Positions 27,530 through 35,310 of a DNA stretch of 64,000 nucleotides are shown here, one piece after another. The DNA is from an uncultured Candidatus Saccharibacteria bacterium. GTDB taxonomy: Bacteria > Patescibacteriota > Minisyncoccia > UBA6257. Under the pieces are notes generated by a model. That model saw only the letters and a program-made list of their open reading frames with translations. It searched no databases and was not told the DNA's origin. Within the stretch, counting starts at the first letter, position 1. Every line of letters begins with the position of its first letter. The position numbers were made by a program, and so were the translations under genes. Location: assembly GCA_964479005.1 (NCBI GenBank), contig CAYZJA010000001.1:80642-144641 (forward strand), given 5' to 3'.

Positions 27530-27838
27530 ATGGAAAAACAAATTAAAAAACAAAAAAGGATATTAAAAGGAGAAGTTATATCAGACAAGATGGATAAAAC
27601 TGTTGTAGTTAAGGTTTCCAGATTGAAAGTGCATCCGAAATATAAGAAGCGCTATAAAATTACCAAGCGTTTTAAAGCCCATGATGAGAAGAATGAGTGT
27701 CGTGTAGGCGATAAAGTAATGATTGAAGAAACAAGGCCTCTATCTAAAGGGAAAAGATGGAAAGTGAAACATAAAGAACAAATAACAAATAATAAGAAAG
27801 AAGATGATTCAACCGCAGACAATATTAAAAGTAATTGA
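27530..27838 (+). CDS. rpsQ: 30S ribosomal protein S17
   Basis: [19 protein letters not shown] ... [23 protein letters not shown]. The C-terminal tail overlaps rplN. Confidence 0.95.
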   Translation: MEKQIKKQKRILKGEVISDKMDKTVVVKVSRLKVHPKYKKRYKITKRFKAHDEKNECRVGDKVMIEETRPLSKGKRWKVKHKEQITNNKKEDDSTADNIKSN

Positions 27839-28172
27839 TAATAGTGGCGCGAAAGTAATCCGTTGTTTTCGAGTATTAGGCGGAACGAAAAGAAGATATG
27901 CTGAGATTGGCGATATTGTTGTTGCTTCTGTTCAAATAGCTGAGCCTCGTAGAGAAGTGAAGAAAAAAGCGGTAGTAAAAGCCATAATCGTGCGTCAGAA
28001 AAAGGCTTTTAGGAGAAAAGACGGAAGCTATATTCGTTTTAATGAAAACGCTGCGGTTCTTGTTAATGATAAAAAAGAACCTTTGGGTAATCGTATTTTT
28101 GGTCCTGTGCCGCGCGAAATAAAAGAAAGAGGGTATAGTAAAATAGCGGGTTTAGCCCCAGAATTAGTATAA
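27804..28172 (+). CDS. rplN: 50S ribosomal protein L14
   Basis: [17 protein letters not shown] ... [10 protein letters not shown]. Confidence 0.97.
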   Translation: MIQPQTILKVIDNSGAKVIRCFRVLGGTKRRYAEIGDIVVASVQIAEPRREVKKKAVVKAIIVRQKKAFRRKDGSYIRFNENAAVLVNDKKEPLGNRIFGPVPREIKERGYSKIAGLAPELV

Positions 28173-28181
28173 TTTATATTT

Positions 28182-28490
28182 ATGAATATTAAAAAAGGCG
28201 ATACAGTTTTAATGAAAAAAGGCAAAGATAAAGGAAAGACAGGTAAAGTGATAAAGGTTTTGCCAAAAGATGGCAAGGTGGTTGTTGAAGCTTTAAATTT
28301 AATAAAAAAGATTCAAAAAGCCAAAAAGGCAGGTGAAAAAGGGCAAATGATTTCAGTTCCGAGACCTGTTTATAGAGCTAATGTTATGCTAATTTGTCCT
28401 AATTGTAAGCGACCTACAAGAATTAGTTATACTAAAGATGATGGCGCTAAATACAGAGTTTGTAAAAAATGCGGTTCAAAGATTTCCTAA
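28182..28490 (+). CDS. rplX: 50S ribosomal protein L24 with C-terminal CxxC...CxxC
   Basis: IKKGDTVLMKKGKDKGKTGKV (KOW domain). C-terminus CPNCKRPTRISYTKDDGAKYRVCKKCG. Confidence 0.95.
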   Translation: MNIKKGDTVLMKKGKDKGKTGKVIKVLPKDGKVVVEALNLIKKIQKAKKAGEKGQMISVPRPVYRANVMLICPNCKRPTRISYTKDDGAKYRVCKKCGSKIS

Positions 28491-28496
28491 GTATTA

Positions 28497-29069
28497 ATGA
28501 CGTTTATGAAATTTTCTTACAAAGAACAATTTAAAAAAATAGTAATTCCAGAAATGAAAAAAGAATATCATATTGATAATGATTTGAGAGTACCAAGAAT
28601 TATAAAGGTGGTGGTTAATATAGGCATAGGTCGATTAACTACTGGTTCTAAGAATAACAAAGAATTAATTAAAAGGGTTTCAGATGCTTTGGCAATAATT
28701 ACCGGCCAAAAACCATCTGTAAGGGCGGCAAAAAAATCTATTGCAAGCTTTAAAACAAGAGAAGGAATGCCGATTGGTTTGAAAGTTACTTTAAGAGGCA
28801 AGAGGATGGAGGATTTTATTTATAAATTTGTTAGTTTGACCATTCCAAGGATTAGAGATTTTTGGGGAATCCCTTTAAAGAATATTGACGAGACTGGAAA
28901 TTTAAATTATGGTATTAAAGAATGTAATGTTTTTCCGGAGACAGAAAGCATACAAAATATTCCTTCATTTGGCTTGGAAATTACCTTTGTTACAAGCACA
29001 AAAAATAGAGAGCAGTCAATGAAATTATATAAACTATTAGGTTTTCCTTTATGGCAAAAAAATCAGTAA
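28497..29069 (+). CDS. rplE: 50S ribosomal protein L5
   Basis: [13 protein letters not shown] ... ITGQKP ... [22 protein letters not shown]. Confidence 0.97.
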   Translation: MTFMKFSYKEQFKKIVIPEMKKEYHIDNDLRVPRIIKVVVNIGIGRLTTGSKNNKELIKRVSDALAIITGQKPSVRAAKKSIASFKTREGMPIGLKVTLRGKRMEDFIYKFVSLTIPRIRDFWGIPLKNIDETGNLNYGIKECNVFPETESIQNIPSFGLEITFVTSTKNREQSMKLYKLLGFPLWQKNQ

Positions 29070-29236
29070 TAGCAAGATCTAAAAAGAAACCCAAGTTCTC
29101 TTCACGAATAGTGCGGCGTTGTTGGCGTTGCGGAAGAAAAAAAGGCTATATTAGAGATTTTGGCCTTTGCCGTATATGTTTTAGGGAGTTAGCTTCAGAA
29201 GGAAAAATACCTGGAATAAAAAAAGCAAGCTGGTAA
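29051..29236 (+). CDS. rpsZ: 30S ribosomal protein S14, zinc-binding type Z
   Basis: 61 aa, [23 protein letters not shown]. Confidence 0.95.
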   Translation: MAKKSVIARSKKKPKFSSRIVRRCWRCGRKKGYIRDFGLCRICFRELASEGKIPGIKKASW

Positions 29237-29290
29237 AAGGTAAATAACAAATAACAATAAACAATAGAACAATTTAGTAATTTATATCTT

Positions 29291-29683
29291 ATGACCGATC
29301 CTATAGCAGACATGTTAACAAGAATACGTAATGCTCAAGCAGTTAAAAAAGAAACCGTTGTTTTCCCTTATTCAAAAATAAAATGGGAGATTTTAAATGT
29401 TTTATCAAAAAGTGATTATATCAAGGGGTTAGATAAAACAAACAAAAAAAATAAAAAGTTTATTGAAATAATTCTAAAATATGATGAAGAGAAAACTCCA
29501 AAGATTTCTGAATTAAAGAGAGTTTCTAAGCCATCAAGACGCGTATATGTTCACGCAAAAGATATTTGGTTTTTTAAAAAAGGTTTAGGCATAAAAGTTT
29601 TGTCAACTCCAAAAGGAGTTCTTTCTGATAAAGAATCAAAGAAATTAAATGTCGGCGGGGAGATTTTATTAGAAATATGGTAA
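29291..29683 (+). CDS. rpsH: 30S ribosomal protein S8
   Basis: TDPIADMLTRIRNA ... VLSTPKGVLSDKE. Confidence 0.97.
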   Translation: MTDPIADMLTRIRNAQAVKKETVVFPYSKIKWEILNVLSKSDYIKGLDKTNKKNKKFIEIILKYDEEKTPKISELKRVSKPSRRVYVHAKDIWFFKKGLGIKVLSTPKGVLSDKESKKLNVGGEILLEIW

Positions 29684-29693
29684 TTTATATATT

Positions 29694-30236
29694 ATGTCTC
29701 GTATAGGTAAAAAAGAAATTAATATTCCAGATTCAGTTGAAGTAGTATTGGAAGAAAACAAATTAAAAGCCAAGGGTCCTAAGGGTGAGGATTTTTTAAT
29801 TATCAAAAATGGTTTTAAAATTAATATTAAAGATAATGCCTTATTAGTTATTCCTTTAGAGCAAAAAAAAGATACTTCTGCCCAATGGGGGACTTTAAGA
29901 GCATTAATTAATAATCTTATAATAGGGGTAGATAAAGGATTTGAAAAACAATTGGAGATTAATGGAGTAGGTTATCGCGCTGATATGGATGGAGCTAATT
30001 TGAATCTTAAATTAGGATATAGTCATCCAATTATACTTTCTGTTCCCGAAGGACTGGATGTAAAAGTGGAAAAAAATATAATCACTATTAATGGTATTTC
30101 AAAAGAAAAAGTTGGACAATTTGCCGCGCTAATAAAGTTTCAAAGGCCTGTGGAACCTTATAAAGGAAAAGGTGTTCGTTATGTTGGGGAAAAAGTTTTA
30201 CGAAAAGCGGGTAAGAAGGTGGTAACCACTGCTTAA
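29694..30236 (+). CDS. rplF: 50S ribosomal protein L6
   Basis: MSRIGKKEINIP ... GVGYRA ... LGYSHPI ... PYKGKGVRY. Confidence 0.97.
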   Translation: MSRIGKKEINIPDSVEVVLEENKLKAKGPKGEDFLIIKNGFKINIKDNALLVIPLEQKKDTSAQWGTLRALINNLIIGVDKGFEKQLEINGVGYRADMDGANLNLKLGYSHPIILSVPEGLDVKVEKNIITINGISKEKVGQFAALIKFQRPVEPYKGKGVRYVGEKVLRKAGKKVVTTA

Positions 30237-30253
30237 ATTAATTAAAAGAGTAA

Positions 30254-30658
30254 ATGAATAAAAATAGCAAAAGAGAGCAAAGAGAAAAAAGGCATAGAAG
30301 AGTAAGGGCAAAGATCCATGGAACAAAAGATAGGCCCCGTCTTTGTATTTTTAAATCCAATAAGCATATTTACGCTCAAATTATTAATGATGATAAGGGA
30401 TTTACACTCGTTTTTGCTTCAGATTTAGAAATCAAAGATTCAAAAAAAGATAAGAACCTTGCTTCGCAAGAACCTTGTTATTCGCCTTTGGCTCATAATA
30501 AAAAAATTAATTTAGCTCAAAAAGTTGGGGAATTAATAGCTAAGAGGGCAAAAGATAAAAAAATAACGAAAATTCTTTTTGACAGAGGTGGATTTAAATA
30601 TCACGGTCAAGTGAAAACTTTAGCTGATGAAGCCAGAAAACACGGATTACAGTTTTAA
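30254..30658 (+). CDS. rplR: 50S ribosomal protein L18 carrying an internal ~15-aa insertion
   Basis: [32 protein letters not shown] ... [26 protein letters not shown]. The insertion [15 protein letters not shown] is encoded by a repeat copy. Confidence 0.95.
   Translation: MNKNSKREQREKRHRRVRAKIHGTKDRPRLCIFKSNKHIYAQIINDDKGFTLVFASDLEIKDSKKDKNLASQEPCYSPLAHNKKINLAQKVGELIAKRAKDKKITKILFDRGGFKYHGQVKTLADEARKHGLQF
30450..30499 (+). repeat. AAGAACCTTG-family repeat copy in frame inside rplR
   Basis: 30469-30499 aagaaccttgttattcgcctttggctcataa is the exact reverse complement of ttatgagccaaaggcgaataacaaggttctt in tandem unit A (27406-27436). It is preceded by a half-unit with hairpin cttgc-ttc-gcaag. 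Confidence 0.9.
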
Positions 30659-30671
30659 TTTTTAAACCATT

Positions 30672-31226
30672 ATGGCTTTTAATAGAAGATCGAAGGTAAA
30701 TAAAAGTGAATTTGAAGAGAGTCTTTTAGATATTGCGCGTGTAACTCGAGTAGTAGCAGGAGGAAAACGTTTAAGTTTTCGAGCTACGTTGGTAATTGGC
30801 AATAAATCCAAGCATCAAGTTGGTGTCGGGATAAGTAAAGGAAAAGATGTGGCTCAGGCGATTCAAAAAGCAAATAATAATGCAAAAAAGAATCTCATTA
30901 TTGTTCCAATTATTAATGAAACAATTCCACATGAAGTAAAAGCGAAATATAAAGCCTCAAGAGTAATCATAAAGCCAGCCAAAAAAGGAAGAGGAATAAG
31001 AGCTGGCGGAGCAGTGCGAACTGTATTAAAATTAGCTAATGTCCCAAATGCTAATGCTAAAATTTTAAGTTCCAGCACTAATGCTATTAATAATGCCAGA
31101 GTAACTATTCTTGCTCTTTCTAAATTAAAGAGTTTTGTCAGTAAAGAAAAATCTAATGAAGAAAAATCCATTGATAAAAAACAACAAACAAAGAATTATG
31201 CAAATTCATCAGATAAGATCAAATAA
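30672..31226 (+). CDS. rpsE: 30S ribosomal protein S5
   Basis: IARVTRVVAGGKRLSFRA.VVIGN ... GVGISKGKDV ... AGGAVR. C-terminal K/E/S-rich tail. Confidence 0.96.
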   Translation: MAFNRRSKVNKSEFEESLLDIARVTRVVAGGKRLSFRATLVIGNKSKHQVGVGISKGKDVAQAIQKANNNAKKNLIIVPIINETIPHEVKAKYKASRVIIKPAKKGRGIRAGGAVRTVLKLANVPNANAKILSSSTNAINNARVTILALSKLKSFVSKEKSNEEKSIDKKQQTKNYANSSDKIK

Positions 31227-31641
31227 TAAATCATCAAAAAAAAGGAAAGTCGGCAGAGGCGGTAAGAGAGGGACTTATTCTGGGCGAGGAATTAAAGGTC
31301 AGAAATCCCGGGCTGGATCAAAGATAAAACCTCAAATAAGAGAGATGATATTAAGGTTTCCTAAAAGACGCGGGGTGTCTTTTAATCCTTTAAAAAAGAA
31401 ATCTTTAGCCATAAAATTGAATGATATAGTAAAAGCTTTTCCTGAAGGTGGCGTTATTAACCTTAATAAATTAAAGAAAGCAGGCTTGATAAAAAAAATA
31501 AAAGGTGAAATTCGTCCAATTAAAATTTTAGGTGCAATACCTTTATCCAAAAAATATATTATTAAAAATTGTTTAGTTTCTGAAAAAGTAAAGGAGGTAA
31601 TTATAAAAGCCGGAGGAAAAATAGATTTTAAAATTAAATAA
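31198..31641 (+). CDS. rplO: 50S ribosomal protein L15
   Basis: KKRKVGRGGKRGTYSGRGIKGQKSRAG. ATG 31198 preferred; it overlaps the rpsE tail. No rpmD lies between rpsE and rplO. Confidence 0.93.
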   Translation: MQIHQIRSNNKSSKKRKVGRGGKRGTYSGRGIKGQKSRAGSKIKPQIREMILRFPKRRGVSFNPLKKKSLAIKLNDIVKAFPEGGVINLNKLKKAGLIKKIKGEIRPIKILGAIPLSKKYIIKNCLVSEKVKEVIIKAGGKIDFKIK

Positions 31642-31648
31642 ATTTAAT

Positions 31649-32920
31649 ATGTTCAAAAATCTTTTAGCTCTATTACGAACGCCTGATTTAAGAAAAAAAG
31701 TAATTATAATTTTACTGCTCTTGGTGATTTTTCGGATAATGGCTACCATTCCATTGCCTAATGTTGACAGAGAGCAATTACAGGTTTTCCTCAGCGCTAA
31801 TCAGATATTCGGGCTTTTTAACGTTTTTACAGGAGGCGCTTTTAAAAATATTTCAATTGCTTTACTCGGTGTCGGGCCTTTTATTACAGCTTCTATTATA
31901 ATGCAGCTTCTTACCATGGTTTTTCCTGCCTTAAAAGAGATGCTTAGCCAAGGTACTGATAAAGAAAGAGCAAAATTTATGCAATATTCCCGTTTATTGA
32001 CGATTCCTTTAGCTGCTTTGCAGGGATTTGGTTTTTTAAATTTATTAAGCAGGCAGGGTGTTATTGTTTTTGCTAATCCTATTGATTTGATAAGAAGTGT
32101 TATTATAGTTACTACGGCTTCAATATTTTTGATGTGGATTGGTGAATTGATAACAGAACAAAAATTGGGAAATGGAATTTCTTTAATAATTTTTACAGGT
32201 ATTGTTATAGGTTTTCCACGTGAAATTATGCAAACAATAATAAGCACAGACCCAACAAGGCTTCCTAATATGATAGCGTTTTTTGCTATTGCGCTTTTGA
32301 TGATTGTAGGAGTGGTATTTATTTCAAGGGGAGAAAGAAGGATTCCTGTGAGTTATGCAAAGCAAGTGCGTGGAACAAAAATTTATGGGGGGGCTTCTAC
32401 ATATTTACCATTGAAAATCAATCAAGCTGGCGTAATTCCTATTATTTTTGCTCTTTCTATTTTAATGTTTCCTCAAATGATTAGTCAGTTTTTAGCAAAT
32501 TCACAAAGTCCGTTTATGCTTAAAATGGCTCTCTTTTTGCAAGGATTTAATCAACAATCATTAATTTATCTTGCTTGTTATTTTGGTTTGGTTGTTCTAT
32601 TTACGTTTTTTTATACAACCATTACTTTTAATCCTGAAACTATTGCTGAAAACTTACAAAAAAGAGGCGGTTTTGTTCCTGGTTATCGGCCTGGCAAAAT
32701 AACTTCACAATACCTTGTCAACACCAGCCATAAGGTTACTTTTTTTGGAGCTATATTCTTGGGCATGATCGCTATTCTTCCAATAATTATGCAGCAGACT
32801 ACCGGTGTTACCACTTTTGCTATTGGAGGTACTTCAATCTTAATTATGGTAAGTGTAGCTATAGAAGTCATGGATACAATAGAAGCTCAATTAATAATGC
32901 GTGAATATGAAATCTCATAA
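31649..32920 (+). CDS. secY: preprotein translocase subunit SecY
   Basis: 10-TM protein, LGVGPFITASIIMQLL, GGTSILIMVSVAIEVMDTIEAQL. Confidence 0.97.
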   Translation: MFKNLLALLRTPDLRKKVIIILLLLVIFRIMATIPLPNVDREQLQVFLSANQIFGLFNVFTGGAFKNISIALLGVGPFITASIIMQLLTMVFPALKEMLSQGTDKERAKFMQYSRLLTIPLAALQGFGFLNLLSRQGVIVFANPIDLIRSVIIVTTASIFLMWIGELITEQKLGNGISLIIFTGIVIGFPREIMQTIISTDPTRLPNMIAFFAIALLMIVGVVFISRGERRIPVSYAKQVRGTKIYGGASTYLPLKINQAGVIPIIFALSILMFPQMISQFLANSQSPFMLKMALFLQGFNQQSLIYLACYFGLVVLFTFFYTTITFNPETIAENLQKRGGFVPGYRPGKITSQYLVNTSHKVTFFGAIFLGMIAILPIIMQQTTGVTTFAIGGTSILIMVSVAIEVMDTIEAQLIMREYEIS

Positions 32921-33551
32921 TATCATTTTTTTAGGACGCTCTGGTTCGGGAAAAGGCACACAGGCAGAATTATTAATGAAAAAATTCGCCTTAGTGAATA
33001 TAGATACAGGTGATATTTTAAGAAAGTTGGCAAGAAGAAAAGATAAATTTGGAAAAACGATTTTAGAAATCATGGACCAGGGGAAATTAGTTCCAATTTG
33101 GTTAGTACTTTATTGTTGGGTGGATAAACTTCTTAAAATTTCTTCCAAAAAAGGAATAATGATGGAAGGAAATCCTCGTCAGCTGGAAGAGGCAAAGATT
33201 TTAGAGGAAGTCTTTTCCTGGCTTGGGCGTGAAAATTTTAAAGTAGTTTATTTACGAACATCAGCAAAAGAAGTGATGCAGAGATTATTAATGAGGCGAA
33301 TTTGTTCTAAATGCGGCAGAGAATTTTCTTTGAATTTCACTCCAAATTTAAAAGAATGTTCTCATTGTAAAGGAAAATTGATTCGGCGATCTGATGATTA
33401 TCCAAAAGCTATCAAAAATAGAATGTTATTTTTTCAAAAAAAGATTTTACCTGTAATTAATTATTTTCGAAAGAAAAAAATTGTAATTGAGGTTAATGGA
33501 GAGGGTTCTATTGAAGAAATCCATAAAGGGATTCTTAAAAAATTATTGTGA
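32907..33551 (+). CDS. adk: adenylate kinase (zinc-lid type)
   Basis: IIFLGRSGSGKGTQA (P-loop). Lid CSKCGR...CSHCKGKLIRRSDD. Start is ATG 32907 or GTG 32901. Confidence 0.92.
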   Translation: MKSHNIIFLGRSGSGKGTQAELLMKKFALVNIDTGDILRKLARRKDKFGKTILEIMDQGKLVPIWLVLYCWVDKLLKISSKKGIMMEGNPRQLEEAKILEEVFSWLGRENFKVVYLRTSAKEVMQRLLMRRICSKCGREFSLNFTPNLKECSHCKGKLIRRSDDYPKAIKNRMLFFQKKILPVINYFRKKKIVIEVNGEGSIEEIHKGILKKLL

Positions 33552-34309
33552 TATATTTTAAAACTTCTCAAGATATCAGTATTCTACGTGAAGGCGGAAA
33601 AAAATTGGCATTAGTTTTAAAAAAAGTAACGCAGGCTGTTCAGCCAGGAATATCTACTGCTGATTTGGATAAATTGGCTTTTAATCTTATTTGTGAATAC
33701 GGGGGTAAACCCTCGTTTTTAAATTATCAACCAAGTTTTGCTAATAAGCCATTTCCATCAAGTTTATGTACTTCAATAAATGAAACTGTGGTTCATGGCC
33801 TTCCTTCAGAGAAAAAGATCTTAAAGCAAGGTGATGTGATTTCATTAGATTTAGGAATGGAGTATAAAGGATTATTTACTGATATGGCAGCAACAGTAGG
33901 CGTAGGAGAAATAAAGCCAATATATGAAAAATTGATAAAAATAACGAATGAGTCTTTATTACAAGCAATAAAAACGTCAAAGGTAGATAATACTTTGGGT
34001 GATATAGGTTATGCTATTCAAAAATGTGTAGAAAAAGAGGGATTTGTTGTTGTAAAAGGTTTAGTGGGGCATGGAGTTGGTTATTCTCCGCATGAAGATC
34101 CTGTTGTTTTTAATTATGGAACCCCGCATCAGGGGTTAAAATTGGAAGAGGGTATGGTTATAGCAATAGAGCCAATGGTGACTTTTGATGATGGAACTGT
34201 AAAAGAAGAAAAAGATGGCAGTTTTGTGACTCTCAATGGAAGAGTATCGGGTCATTTTGAACATACAGTGGCTATTACAAAAAAGGGACCAATAGTAATT
34301 ACGGAGTAA
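33548..34309 (+). CDS. map: type I methionine aminopeptidase (GTG start)
   Basis: VVHGLPS, DVISLDLG, GHGVG, IEPM, HFEHTV metal-ligand motifs. Confidence 0.95.
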   Translation: MIYFKTSQDISILREGGKKLALVLKKVTQAVQPGISTADLDKLAFNLICEYGGKPSFLNYQPSFANKPFPSSLCTSINETVVHGLPSEKKILKQGDVISLDLGMEYKGLFTDMAATVGVGEIKPIYEKLIKITNESLLQAIKTSKVDNTLGDIGYAIQKCVEKEGFVVVKGLVGHGVGYSPHEDPVVFNYGTPHQGLKLEEGMVIAIEPMVTFDDGTVKEEKDGSFVTLNGRVSGHFEHTVAITKKGPIVITE

Positions 34310-34330
34310 CAAAGGCGAGGAGATATATAA

Positions 34331-34518
34331 GCAAGTATTTCTCTTTCACTCCTACATTCCAGCAGAGACAAACAATACTCACTCACTCGGGAACACCTTC
34401 CGAAATTCCGCTTCGCCACGTTAAACGTGGCTTCGCTCCAGTTTCGGCTTTCCTTTTCGTTCGTTTCATTTGTTTGTATCTCTGCTTCCATTAATGTCGT
34501 TCAGGAGCAAATACTTGC
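34331..34518. ncRNA. ~190-nt GC-enriched imperfect rod-like hairpin (candidate 6S-like RNA or MITE; strand unresolved)
   Basis: Arms pair as gcaagtattt/aaatacttgc, ctctt/aggag, acatt/aatgt, agcagaga/tctctgct, caaacaa/ttgtttg, gaac/gttc, ccgaaa/tttcgg, with apical gccacgt/acgtggc. Large internal loops (15 vs 6 nt and 9 vs 10 nt). Confidence 0.35.
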
Positions 34519-34611
34519 TTTAATATTTTTTCAACAGCCTCTTCTTGCATTAAACTTTTATACATTCACACTTTGTTAATTGTTATTTGTTTTTTGTTTA
34601 TATCCTGGAGG

Positions 34612-34671
34612 TTGACCTTCGAGCAATAATGTGGTAGCATATAAATGTCCAAAAATGGACATTGTTTTTTT
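34612..34671 (+). promoter_or_regulatory. promoter (TTGACC-17-TGgTAGCAT) immediately followed by a hairpin + T7 terminator
   Basis: ttgacc ttcgagcaataatgtgg tagcat, then aatgtcc-aaaaat-ggacatt gttttttt starting 4 nt after the -10. Confidence 0.45.
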
Positions 34672-34732
34672 GACAAAAGAATAAAAATATAGAAAATAAA
34701 AATATAGAAATTATAGAAAAGGAGATTAAGAA

Positions 34733-34813
34733 ATGAAAAAAAAGAAAGGAAAAAAGGAAAAAAGAATCAAAGAATCAAAGAATCAAAGAATCAAAGAAAA
34801 TGATACCGTCTGA
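34733..34813 (+). CDS. possible 26-aa Lys-rich peptide containing an 8-nt tandem repeat
   Basis: SD aaaaggag 8 nt upstream. MKKKKGKKEKRIKESKNQRIKENDTV. Confidence 0.3.
   Translation: MKKKKGKKEKRIKESKNQRIKENDTV
34761..34798 (+). repeat. 8-nt simple repeat (aaagaatc) x ~4.75
   Basis: aaagaatc aaagaatc aaagaatc aaagaatc aaagaa. Confidence 0.95.
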
Positions 34814-34919
34814 TGAGGAGATTGGAAAAATGCTGGATATGTCTGAGTTTGTACAAGTAATGTATATCGATTGGGGAAATCCACTGGGCACAAAGCCCAT
34901 CAAATCAAAGTCAAAATAA
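34800..34919 (+). CDS. possible 39-aa peptide, +1 frame relative to the 34733 ORF
   Basis: MIPSDEEIGKMLDMSEFVQVMYIDWGNPLGTKPIKSKSK. It has no SD of its own and overlaps the end of the upstream ORF. Confidence 0.3.
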   Translation: MIPSDEEIGKMLDMSEFVQVMYIDWGNPLGTKPIKSKSK

Positions 34920-34964
34920 AAGCCAGAGGAGATAAAAAAATATAGAAAAAGGAGGTGAAATGTA

Positions 34965-35225
34965 ATGTTAAAAGTTGTAATAAAGGTTTTGTCTTTATTT
35001 GTTTTTATAGTTTTATGTTCATTATTTGCTGATAAAGCTTTATCTCAAATGATAAGTCTTTATGATAAATTTGGAACGAGATATATCATTGCAATTAATG
35101 GATTTGAATTTCTGAGTTTTATCTTTTGGACGGGGTTTATAGTCATGACTTTAATTATATTAAAGATAATTATATTGGTTGCTACAGAAAAGAAAGAAGA
35201 AAAGCAAGAAGAAGTAGAAGAATAA
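34965..35225 (+). CDS. small two-TM membrane protein with acidic tail
   Basis: Strong SD aaaggaggtg. Two hydrophobic spans and a KKEEKQEEVEE tail. Terminator follows. Confidence 0.6.
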   Translation: MLKVVIKVLSLFVFIVLCSLFADKALSQMISLYDKFGTRYIIAINGFEFLSFIFWTGFIVMTLIILKIIILVATEKKEEKQEEVEE

Positions 35226-35232
35226 AAAATGA

Positions 35233-35270
35233 CCCTCGCATCTATGGAGAGATAGGTGTGAGGGTTTTTT
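35233..35270 (+). terminator. intrinsic terminator
   Basis: ccctcgca/tgtgaggg stem followed by tttttt. Confidence 0.65.
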
Positions 35271-35310
35271 ATTTTCTTAAATTTTTGGTATACTACAGTA
35301 TATATAGAAG

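Noticed and set aside
29237-29290. aataacaa-rich spacer between rpsZ and rpsH as another repeat-family copy
   Set aside because: It shares only the short word aataacaa with the tandem unit and is otherwise low-complexity A/C-rich sequence. The similarity is insufficient.
34252-34491. 79-aa minus-strand ORF
   Set aside because: It overlaps the 3' end of map and runs through the hairpin arms of the rod-like element. It has no SD and an odd composition, and is better explained as a by-product of the GC-rich palindrome.
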